Origin: Acidimicrobiaceae bacterium
GTDB taxonomy: Bacteria; Actinomycetota; Acidimicrobiia; Acidimicrobiales; Palsa-688
Direction: 5' to 3'
DNA length: 37,377 nt
Assembly (NCBI GenBank): GCA_003158835.1
Contig: PMLI01000351.1
Span: forward strand, 1 to 37,377
The translations under genes were made by a program, and so were the position numbers. The notes beneath the pieces are model-generated. The model had not been told where the DNA came from. It made no database searches and worked only from the letters and a program-made list of their open reading frames with translations. This document shows, in pieces, positions 15,920 through 23,402 of the stretch. The first letter of the stretch is position 1. Each line of letters opens with the position of its first letter.

Positions 15920-16260
15920 CGGCGGCCCGGCTTCTTGCGGGGCGCGGGTTTAGGTGCGCGCGCGGGGGCGGGGGCGGGCGTGGGCGCGGCCGGGACGGAA
16001 GGCGGCGCCGGCGGGACGACGGGGGCCTCGGGCGAGACGATGGGCGCGTGGGCGGTCTGCGCCGGAGGCGTCGCGGGGGCGATGCTGGAAAGGGGTCCGA
16101 AGGGTTGCCAGTTGGCGGGGAAGTCGCGGAGGACCTGGGACGCTTTCTCGTTGGAAAGGGCCACGACGTCGCCAGCCGCGACCGAGACGGTCTCGCCGGT
16201 GACGTGGTCTGTGGACTTGTAGGGCCTGGGCCCGACGTACTTCAGACTCGTCTTCTGCAT
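15916..16260 (-). CDS. hypothetical protein with Pro/Ala-rich basic C-terminal tail (114 aa)
   Basis: Track ORF 15916..16314 trimmed to ATG 16258-16260 (GGAGGG 8 nt upstream). It lies directly after the capsid gene and could be a head decoration or accessory protein. Confidence 0.6.
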   Translation of the reverse strand: MQKTSLKYVGPRPYKSTDHVTGETVSVAAGDVVALSNEKASQVLRDFPANWQPFGPLSSIAPATPPAQTAHAPIVSPEAPVVPPAPPSVPAAPTPAPAPARAPKPAPRKKPGRR

Positions 16261-16327
16261 GGTGCTGCCCTCCATCGTTCCGCAGGGGGGAGAGGCGAGT
16301 CCCCCTCCCCCCAACTGAACGACGGGA

Positions 16328-17647
16328 TCAGCCGATGTTGTAGCCGATGGTGACCGTCGGGTTCGACGCGATGGGGTGCGTCGGCGAGAACGCGACGCGC
16401 TCCTTCGTGATCACCGCGTCCTGGTCGGACTCGGCGTAGAGCTCCCGCAGGACCTGGACGGTCGCGGTCCGGCGTTCGCCGAACACGTAGCCGTTCCGGT
16501 ACACGAGCAGGAGGCTGCCCTTCGTGGTGGTCACGCCGTCGTAGACGCCGGAGGCGTTGAGGCCGCTCCGCGCCCACTCGGAAACGATGACGGGGATACC
16601 GTCCAGGACGCCCAACTGGCCGCGCAGCACCGTGGCCATCGGCCCGAACTTCTCCATCGTTGTCACCGCGTCGAGGTCGACGAGCTTGATGTAGGTGCGC
16701 AGGTCGCAGATCAGCGCCAGGTTCTGGGGCAGCACGCCGTACTTCAGCATGTTGGCCCGGAGGTTGGCGCGGATGTTGGACAGCGTCAGCGTGGCCAGGT
16801 CGTAGGACAAGCTGTTGTTGAGCGCCAGGTAGCGGAGCCCGTTCCACATCCGGTTATGCCCCGCGGCGTTGGTGTCGTCCGAGTCCTGGGATCCGGCGGT
16901 GTCGCCGTTGATGATGGCGTCCTCGCGGCCTTCGGCCAGTGCCATGACCACCTGCTGCTGGAGCCAGGGGAGGATGGGGACGATGGAGTCCTCTTCCTGT
17001 TCCTTGGAGGTCAGCACGCGGGCGCTGTGGCCCTTGGAGGTCAGCGTGATCTTCCCGGAGAGCGTGTTGCCGTCGCCCACGGGCATCTTCGTCTGGCCGG
17101 TGTCCGCCGTTTGCTCGTTGTGCATGTAGGAAACCACGCGGCCGAGCTGGATGGGCGGGGTGTAGACCTGGGTGGGCATCTGGATCATCGGGAACAAGGG
17201 CACGACGGAGCCCTGCACCCGGACCAGCTCCCAGAGCCGACCGGTGAAGTCGGTGGGGATCCACTCGGTGCCGCCGCCGGAGGCGGAGGTGTCGAGCGCC
17301 TTCTTGAAGTCGGCGAACTTGGTGCCGAACTTCCGCCAGGACTTGAGGTGCTGGACGGGCTTGCCCAGGACCTTGGACAGGATGAAGCAGTTGTCGAGGG
17401 CCTTCTTGGCCTCCTCGGGCGCCGACTCCATCACCTCGTCCATCTCGGTGGGCGCGTTGTCCGCGAACAACACCTTGCGGGACTGGGTGACGCGGGGGTC
17501 GCTGGCGAGGACGGACTTGATGGTCTCTTCGACCAAGGTCTTGATGTTCTCTTTGTCCGCGGCGTGCGCGTTCTTCAGCGCGTCGGTCGCGTCCTTGACG
17601 GTCTTGACGAGGCCGTCGAGCTCTTCTTTCGTAGCAACTTCGGACAT
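16328..17647 (-). CDS. major capsid protein, HK97 fold (Phage_capsid family) (439 aa)
   Basis: Track ORF 16328..18454 trimmed to ATG 17645-17647. An N-terminal helical delta-like region (MSEVATKEELDGLVKTVKDATDALK) is followed by typical HK97-family sequence. It sits immediately after the prohead protease. Confidence 0.9.
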   Translation of the reverse strand: MSEVATKEELDGLVKTVKDATDALKNAHAADKENIKTLVEETIKSVLASDPRVTQSRKVLFADNAPTEMDEVMESAPEEAKKALDNCFILSKVLGKPVQHLKSWRKFGTKFADFKKALDTSASGGGTEWIPTDFTGRLWELVRVQGSVVPLFPMIQMPTQVYTPPIQLGRVVSYMHNEQTADTGQTKMPVGDGNTLSGKITLTSKGHSARVLTSKEQEEDSIVPILPWLQQQVVMALAEGREDAIINGDTAGSQDSDDTNAAGHNRMWNGLRYLALNNSLSYDLATLTLSNIRANLRANMLKYGVLPQNLALICDLRTYIKLVDLDAVTTMEKFGPMATVLRGQLGVLDGIPVIVSEWARSGLNASGVYDGVTTTKGSLLLVYRNGYVFGERRTATVQVLRELYAESDQDAVITKERVAFSPTHPIASNPTVTIGYNIG

Positions 17648-17682
17648 GGCGTGCTCTCTTTCAGGTCGGTCTGCGCGGGTAA

Positions 17683-18537
17683 CTAGCCCGCGCGGCCCGT
17701 GAGGGCTTTCCCGACCTGGGAAATCGTTTGTTTCAAAATGGCGGTGCGTTGGGGGGCGATGGTGCGGAGGACGTCCGCGTAGCCTTTGACGGCCTCGCTC
17801 AACCGCGCGAAGTCGGCGGCGGCCAGGCCCGGGGTGGAGGCGACCACGGCCTCGTGCAGGGTGTCGATGGCGCTCTTGACCAGGGACAGCTTCTGCTCGT
17901 CCAGCGGCTTGCCCTTCACGATCCGCGCCATGTCGGCCAGCTGCTTGAGCGCCGCGTCGAGGTCGTCGGCCGGGCGGGGCACCGGGCCCGCGTCGGGGAC
18001 CACCAGGTAACGGCCGGCCTCGTCGCCCGCGAGGGGTTGCACCAGATTCTCGCCGAAAGTCTTGACCACCATCTCGGCCACTTCCCGCGACACCAGGGCG
18101 CCCGGGTTGGCCGGGACGGCGACGGCGGAGTACTCGTACAGCTCGGCGTCGGTGAACACGATCCCCTTGCTCTGGCCGTCGGGCAGGGTCTCGGCGACGA
18201 AGTTCTTCGGGATGAAGCCCACGCTGAAAGCGTTGAGGAAGCCGGCCTTGTAGAGGTTGAACACGTCCTTGGCCTGCTGCGTCTCCTCGTGGAACACCGT
18301 CTTGGCCAGGAGCCCGTGCTCGTCCTCGGCGATGGAGACGGCCTTGCCGATGGGGAGGCTGCCGGTGTCGTGGCCCATCAGGACGACGGGGTTCTTCCTG
18401 AAGGCTTCCAGGTTCCAGGCGCCCTTGGCGAAGCGCTCCTGCATCCGGTCCCACTCATGCGTCGAGACGTAGGCCGTCACGGAGCGTTCTTCGGCGTTGA
18501 TCTCCTTGACGTAGCCGAGCCGGGTCTTCTTGGACAT
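17683..18537 (-). CDS. prohead protease, HK97 family (Peptidase_S78/U35) with C-terminal helical scaffold-like extension (284 aa)
   Basis: GYVKEINAEERSVTAYVST...VVLMGHDTGSLPIGK...FSVGF...YEYSAVAVPANPGA matches the family pattern. GGAGG lies upstream of the ATG. Confidence 0.85.
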   Translation of the reverse strand: MSKKTRLGYVKEINAEERSVTAYVSTHEWDRMQERFAKGAWNLEAFRKNPVVLMGHDTGSLPIGKAVSIAEDEHGLLAKTVFHEETQQAKDVFNLYKAGFLNAFSVGFIPKNFVAETLPDGQSKGIVFTDAELYEYSAVAVPANPGALVSREVAEMVVKTFGENLVQPLAGDEAGRYLVVPDAGPVPRPADDLDAALKQLADMARIVKGKPLDEQKLSLVKSAIDTLHEAVVASTPGLAAADFARLSEAVKGYADVLRTIAPQRTAILKQTISQVGKALTGRAG

Positions 18538-18540
18538 GGT

Positions 18541-18777
18541 TCACGCCTCCGTGGTCCGGTGGGCCGCGCAGACCCACTCGCCGTTCTGCCTCACCAGGCC
18601 CACCCGCTGCGCGCACGCGCGGCACATCGTGAGGCCGTTCCCTTCGAGGACCGCCACCACGACCGCGCGGGCCAGCGCCGCGTCCCGGTCGGCCAGCAGG
18701 TCCGGGTGAATCTTCAGCAGCCACCCCAGGATGACCTGGGCCAGGCGATCTCGTCGGCGCACCTTCCCCCCTTCCAC
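18541..18777 (-). CDS. small CxxC..CxxH zinc-ribbon-like protein (73-78 aa)
   Basis: GTG at 18775-18777, or the GTG five codons downstream that is preceded by GGAAGGGGGGAAG. The C-terminus is CRACAQRVGLVRQNGEWVCAAH. It appears paralogous to the C-terminus of gene 21517..21837. Confidence 0.6.
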   Translation of the reverse strand: MEGGKVRRRDRLAQVILGWLLKIHPDLLADRDAALARAVVVAVLEGNGLTMCRACAQRVGLVRQNGEWVCAAHRTTEA

Positions 18778-18839
18778 TCCCCCCGGCGCCGCGCCTGGCA
18801 GCGCCGAGGGGCCGTACTTGTTGCCCTACGTTAAGTCGT

Positions 18840-19304
18840 TCAGTCGACCGTCGGCAGGCACCAGGCCTTGACGCCGATCCAGCTGGTGTTGGCCGCGCCC
18901 GTGAACAAGATCCGCGCCTTCGTGCCGGGCCCCGTCGAGACGTCCTGCTTGACGAAGGTCTTGCCGTTGACGGTGGCCGTCGCGGTCGAGGTCTGCTGCG
19001 TGAAGGACCCCGCCGTGGTCCAGTTGGTCCCGCCGTCGGGCGAGATCTGGATGGCCGCGTCGAGGGTCGGCGTGCCCGTCGAGGACGCGCTGCCGATGTA
19101 GTACGCGCAGGAGATGGACGTCAGGTCGCCGCCGGAAAGGTCGACGGAGGCCGTGGTGCTGGACACCGCGCCGGTGTAGGTCGTGCTGGTGAGCACGATC
19201 TGGACGGACGGGTGGAGCGGCTTGATGGTCTCGAGGGCGTGCGCCTTGGGGGCCAGGAAGGCCAGGCCCAGGGCCAGGGTGATGCCGGTGAGCAGCTTCT
19301 TCAT
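18840..19304 (-). CDS. secreted beta-rich protein with Asp-box-like motif (154 aa)
   Basis: Track ORF 18840..21659 trimmed to ATG 19302-19304 (AAGGAGG upstream). The signal peptide is MKKLLTGITLALGLAFLAPKAHA/LE. There is an SPDGGTNW motif, two Cys residues and Ser/Thr-rich beta-like sequence. Confidence 0.75.
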   Translation of the reverse strand: MKKLLTGITLALGLAFLAPKAHALETIKPLHPSVQIVLTSTTYTGAVSSTTASVDLSGGDLTSISCAYYIGSASSTGTPTLDAAIQISPDGGTNWTTAGSFTQQTSTATATVNGKTFVKQDVSTGPGTKARILFTGAANTSWIGVKAWCLPTVD

Positions 19305-19399
19305 TTGATTCCTCCTTGGTCCGCCAAAGGCGGTGAAAATAAAGGCGGCGGTGCGGGTGCTTGCCGAATCGTAGCAGATGAAACGCTTTAATTCATCTC

Positions 19400-21520
19400 C
19401 TACCGCGCGACCAGCGCGCACCGGCAGTTCACGATCTCGGCCGCTCCGCCCTGCGGGTCGCCGGGGTACTGGAGCGCGGCGCCGGACGGGGACACGAACG
19501 TGTCGTGGATCCCGACGGGCCCGGCCGCCTCGATGGCGACGTGGGTGTCGCGGACCTTGTTGTCCCGCGAGGACAGCCAGCCCTTCTGCTCGACGCCAGT
19601 CTTCTCCATGCCGTCGAAGGCCCCGGCGTTGGACGCGCCGATCACTTCCGTGCGCGCGATGCGCTCGGCCCGCGCGTCCACGGCGAACTTGTAGACCTCG
19701 TCGATCCGGTCCGTGATCTGCGCGATGGTCTCCCCCGCGCCGAACCCGCCGGCGACGGCCTGGCCCACGCCCTCGACCACGGCGTCGGAGATCTGCTCGA
19801 GCGTGTAGGCGTTGGCCTCCTGCACGAGCTTGACCTTCTTCGCCTCGATCCACGCCAGCGCGTGCGGGTCCTGCAGGTTGAAATCGAAGCCGGGCTTGAC
19901 CTTGCGGGCGGTGGCGACGGCGAAGTCGAAGTAGGTGCCCCGGATGTGGCGGTCCGCGGCCTGGCCCATCAGGTCGTTCTCCTTCTGGATGTCGAACACG
20001 AGGTGGACCACGGCGTCGGTGTTCTTGGCGCGGACGGCGAAGGTCTTGCCCACGAACTGGGCGGCGTGGTCCTCGACGGCCTTGACGACCCGGCGCCTCT
20101 GGCCCTTGAAGAACCCGCGCATGGAGGTGATGAAGGACTCCTCGTGCGGCACGAGCTTGGCGTCGAACGCTTTCCAGGCCGCGTCGCGCATCGCTTCCTC
20201 GTCGGCCTTGACCGCCTTGGTCAGGCCCTTGGCGGGCGGTGGCGGTGGCGCGTTGGGGTCCGCGGGAACGGCGCCGGTGCCCGGGTCCGGCGTGGTGTAG
20301 CGCGGCCGCGCGACGTCGCCGCCCTCGACCTGCTCGAAGGGGAGGTCCAGCTTCGTGATGATGTCGTTGATGGGGACACCCGCGTTGACGTAGACCATGA
20401 CCGTGTCGGCCCGGTCCTTCTCGTTGGCGCGGAGGGCCTCGACCGTGGACGTGTCCGCCTGGAACACGGTCTTGGCGTCGCCCGTCGTCTGCCGGGCCCG
20501 GAGCGTGAGCGTGTCGCCGTAGCTGGTCAGGCGCGGGATGATGTTGTTCGTCCAGAAGGCGCGCATCTGCTCCTTCATGTTGGAGTAGTTGGCGAACTCG
20601 AGGAGGCCGACCACCGAGGGCGGGACGTTGAACGCGGCCAGCACCTCGTCGCGGACCTGCTTGCGGAGGTTGACGAAGTCCATGTCCTTGATGTTGGCGG
20701 TGAGCTGGCGGTACTTCACGCCGCCGTCCATGATGGCCGTGCTGCCGTTGTTGGCGTTGCCCGCGTACATCTTTTTCCAGGCCGCCATCAGCTTGCGCTT
20801 GGTGTCCGACTCCAGCGCCTGGTCCGTCTCGAGGACGCCGTCGAGCTTGGCCCCGTTGGCGAAGAAGGCTTTGTTCCACATCATGGCGTTGAGGTCGGAG
20901 GTGATCGCGTTGACGATGGGCTGGATGGCGCCCTGGCCGTAGTGCAGCGACGTGGGGCTGGCGTCCCGGAAGTGCATGATCTCGTCGGCCTCGAACCGGA
21001 TCAGGTGGCCGGCCACGTCGTAGATGTAGTGGTCGATGAACTTGGCCTTGGTGGTGACGGGGCGCACGTGGCCCGCGGGGAGGGGCCAGATCTCCTTGAC
21101 CTCCTTGCCGCCCAGGCGCTCTAGGGCGTAGTACGCGTTGCCGGTCAACGGTTGCGTCAGGAAGGTGAACTCCCGCAGGTTCCGGCCGGTCATGTACGGG
21201 TTGGGGTTCATCAGGAGTTTGTGGAAGGCGTGCGTCTCGTTGAGGGTCCACTTGCCCTCGGGGTCCTGGACGTAGGGGAGGATGTCGACGCTCGTCGCCG
21301 CCGTGGCGATGGCGCGGACGCAGGCGTAGACCCAGACGTGGAGGCCGTAGGCCTCGCTGACGTCGCTGAAGGGGATCGGTTGCGGGATGCCGCTCTCGAA
21401 CTGGGTGTCCGGCTCGTCGCCCTGGGACCGCAGCTCCTTGGCGCGCGCGTTCGGGTTGGCGCGCAGGGCCTTGAGCAGGTCGCGCTCGGCCGGGTCGAGG
21501 CGCATCGAGACGCGCTTCAC
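19400..21520 (-). CDS. portal protein (HK97-type Phage_portal) fused to a Mu F / SPP1 gp7-like minor head protein domain (706 aa)
   Basis: The N-terminal ~430 aa are portal-like. A Pro-rich linker (PADPNAPPPPPAKG) follows. The C-terminal ~260 aa end in WLSSRDNKVRDTHV...PGDPQGGAAEIVNCRC, typical of Phage_Mu_F. GTG 21518-21520 forms a GTGA overlap; an ATG five codons downstream is an alternative start. Confidence 0.85.
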   Translation of the reverse strand: MKRVSMRLDPAERDLLKALRANPNARAKELRSQGDEPDTQFESGIPQPIPFSDVSEAYGLHVWVYACVRAIATAATSVDILPYVQDPEGKWTLNETHAFHKLLMNPNPYMTGRNLREFTFLTQPLTGNAYYALERLGGKEVKEIWPLPAGHVRPVTTKAKFIDHYIYDVAGHLIRFEADEIMHFRDASPTSLHYGQGAIQPIVNAITSDLNAMMWNKAFFANGAKLDGVLETDQALESDTKRKLMAAWKKMYAGNANNGSTAIMDGGVKYRQLTANIKDMDFVNLRKQVRDEVLAAFNVPPSVVGLLEFANYSNMKEQMRAFWTNNIIPRLTSYGDTLTLRARQTTGDAKTVFQADTSTVEALRANEKDRADTVMVYVNAGVPINDIITKLDLPFEQVEGGDVARPRYTTPDPGTGAVPADPNAPPPPPAKGLTKAVKADEEAMRDAAWKAFDAKLVPHEESFITSMRGFFKGQRRRVVKAVEDHAAQFVGKTFAVRAKNTDAVVHLVFDIQKENDLMGQAADRHIRGTYFDFAVATARKVKPGFDFNLQDPHALAWIEAKKVKLVQEANAYTLEQISDAVVEGVGQAVAGGFGAGETIAQITDRIDEVYKFAVDARAERIARTEVIGASNAGAFDGMEKTGVEQKGWLSSRDNKVRDTHVAIEAAGPVGIHDTFVSPSGAALQYPGDPQGGAAEIVNCRCALVAR

Positions 21521-21837
21521 GCGTGCGCCGCCTGCGGCGGCAGTGCCGCACGGCGCTGCTTCTCGGCCTCTTGGGCGCGGACCTGGTTGAGGTGAGCGGG
21601 GCAGGCGAAGACGCCGCCGACGCGCTTGAGCGGGCCCCGCGTGGACGTGCAGGCCTCACAGAGGCGGGTGCCGCGGGCGCGCAGGTTCTGCTTCACGGCC
21701 TGGAAGGTGGCGACGGTGGACCGCTCGAGGATGTAGGCGTTGAAGGGCTCGGGGTGCAGGGCGACGGACCACTCGAGGAACTTGCCGGCCAGCCAGAACA
21801 GGCCGGCGCGCCAGAGCCAGCGCGCGGCCTTAATCAT
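21517..21837 (-). CDS. small protein with amphipathic N-terminus and CxxC..CxxH zinc-ribbon-like C-terminus (106 aa)
   Basis: The ATG overlaps the TerL stop by 8 nt. It carries CEACTSTRGPLKRVGGVFACPAH and sits between the terminase and portal genes. Confidence 0.65.
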   Translation of the reverse strand: MIKAARWLWRAGLFWLAGKFLEWSVALHPEPFNAYILERSTVATFQAVKQNLRARGTRLCEACTSTRGPLKRVGGVFACPAHLNQVRAQEAEKQRRAALPPQAAHA

Positions 21838-23074
21838 TGTCGAAGACCATGATGCTCGGGATCGCCCCGATCTTCTTGGCCCGACTGTAGATCCCGTACC
21901 GCTTGGCGTCCATCAGGTGGTCCATGAATTTCACCGGTTCGTCGAGGATGTGGCCGTTCTTGTCGGTCTTCCACTTGTAGCTGGCCCGTTCTTTGTTCAG
22001 GTCGACGTTGTCGGACATCGTATAGAATTTCAGCCTTTGGCACAAATCAATCCCGGGCTTCACGTCCTTGTCCGCCGAGTGGACGTTGAACCCGGCCTTG
22101 CAGAACTCCTCGATGCGGGCGGGCTCCGCGGCGTCGGCGTAGAAGGGGCGGCGCCAGTGCTTCTTGTTGGGGATGACCCGCTTCACCTCCTCGATCAGGT
22201 CCGCGTTCGTGAGGCCGGTCTTGTAGATCAGCTGCCGCAGGTAGTGATGCACCTTGTCCTTCTGGTTGATCTCGAGCAGGGCGGACGGGTTGTTGAAGCC
22301 GAAGTCGAGCCCATAGAACGTGTCGTCGAACTCCTCCGGGAAGGCGGGCACGACGACGTAGGGGTTGTAGATGACGTTCGTCAGCTTGCCGAACTTGCCC
22401 TCGGCGTAGATCTGGTGGGCGTTCGGGTCCTGGTCCTTGAGGCCCTCGAGGACCGCGATGTACTCGGCGGACAGGAACGGGTTGTCCCGGTAGGTGGACT
22501 CGATGAGGTCGACGCGGCCCTTGAAGGCGGGCGAGAGGATCAGCTGCTGGTTGATCCACCCGTCCTCGTCAGTGGGGTTGAGGGACAGGAATATCTGGTT
22601 GGGCTCCCCCGGCGCGCAGGGCGCGCTCATGCGGGTCTGCAGGATGAGGAAGTCGTTCCAGTCGAACTCGCTGGCCTCCTCCATCCAGATGTCGTTCCAC
22701 TCGGTCGACTTGATCTTCTCGGGGTCGTCGATGGCCATGAAGGCCATGAAGGCGCCGGTCCACGGGCAGGTGATGAGGTGGGCCACCTTGTCGTGGTGGA
22801 GGCGCGGCAGGTAGCCGTAGGCAGACAGGAGGTCGACGACCAGCTTGTAGGCGGTGATGCGGAGGGCCGGGAACGTTTTCCGCGAGACGAGGATCTTCCG
22901 GTCCCGGCGCGTGATGAGGCGCTGCACCAGCAGCTGCGCGATGGAGTAGCTCTTGGTGGAGCGGGCGCCGCCGACGTTGACCGGGAACTGGGCGGTCGAC
23001 CGGTAGTTGCGGTCGAAGACCCGGGTGACCTTAACCCGCCGGGGGTCGAGGCTTGGGGGGTTCGACGAGCTCAT
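21830..23074 (-). CDS. terL: terminase large subunit (PBSX/XtmB, Terminase_3-like) (414 aa)
   Basis: Walker A-like VGGARSTKS and Walker B-like DIWMEEASE, with a C-terminal nuclease region (YGLDFGF..., ADAAEP..., HLMDAKRY). The order TerS, TerL, portal is canonical. Confidence 0.9.
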   Translation of the reverse strand: MSSSNPPSLDPRRVKVTRVFDRNYRSTAQFPVNVGGARSTKSYSIAQLLVQRLITRRDRKILVSRKTFPALRITAYKLVVDLLSAYGYLPRLHHDKVAHLITCPWTGAFMAFMAIDDPEKIKSTEWNDIWMEEASEFDWNDFLILQTRMSAPCAPGEPNQIFLSLNPTDEDGWINQQLILSPAFKGRVDLIESTYRDNPFLSAEYIAVLEGLKDQDPNAHQIYAEGKFGKLTNVIYNPYVVVPAFPEEFDDTFYGLDFGFNNPSALLEINQKDKVHHYLRQLIYKTGLTNADLIEEVKRVIPNKKHWRRPFYADAAEPARIEEFCKAGFNVHSADKDVKPGIDLCQRLKFYTMSDNVDLNKERASYKWKTDKNGHILDEPVKFMDHLMDAKRYGIYSRAKKIGAIPSIMVFDND

Positions 23075-23402
23075 AGGTGATCCCGATCGGCGGCGCGTCC
23101 TCCCCGCCGACCAGCTCGACGCGCTGCGTGGCCTTGCCCTCGATGGCTTCGCGGATCTCCTTGGCCGCGGGGGAGTTGCCCTTGATGATGGCCATCTGGA
23201 ACTGGCGCAGGGCCACGGCGTCCCGGTACTTGGCGCCCTTGGGCAGCTTCAGCTTGGCCCGCAGATCCTCCGGCAGGGGCAGGTCCGCGACCGCCTCGTA
23301 GGCGTCCGAGATGGGCCGCCGCTTGGGCCGGCCGCTCGGGTTGCCCGACTGGCCCGGCTTGAAGGGGATCAGGTTCTGCGGGTTACCTCGGGGGTTGGCC
23401 AT
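23031..23402 (-). CDS. terS: terminase small subunit candidate (DUF5681-like N-terminus) (123 aa)
   Basis: Track ORF (TTG start at 23429) trimmed to ATG 23400-23402, with AAGGAG 7 nt upstream. The N-terminal motif NPRGNPQNLIPFKPGQSGNPSGRPK is common in phage small terminase-like proteins. It lies directly upstream of TerL and overlaps it by 44 nt. Confidence 0.65.
   Translation of the reverse strand: MANPRGNPQNLIPFKPGQSGNPSGRPKRRPISDAYEAVADLPLPEDLRAKLKLPKGAKYRDAVALRQFQMAIIKGNSPAAKEIREAIEGKATQRVELVGGEDAPPIGITYELVEPPKPRPPAG

Noticed and set aside
19305-19399. An independent promoter or terminator for the secreted-protein gene, which would make it a classical moron.
   Set aside because: The 7-bp hairpin at 19377-19399 has no U-tail. 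No hexamer pair with acceptable spacing was found, so the gene is probably co-transcribed with the late operon.
18840-21659. 939-aa minus-strand track ORF. Comparable over-extended ORFs are 16328..18454, 31847..34420, 31494..32864, 12567..14081, 25330..25998 and 29628..30554.
   Set aside because: Only the C-terminal portion is protein-like. The N-terminal portion is an out-of-frame read through the upstream gene. Each was trimmed to an internal start that has an SD or a 4-nt overlap.
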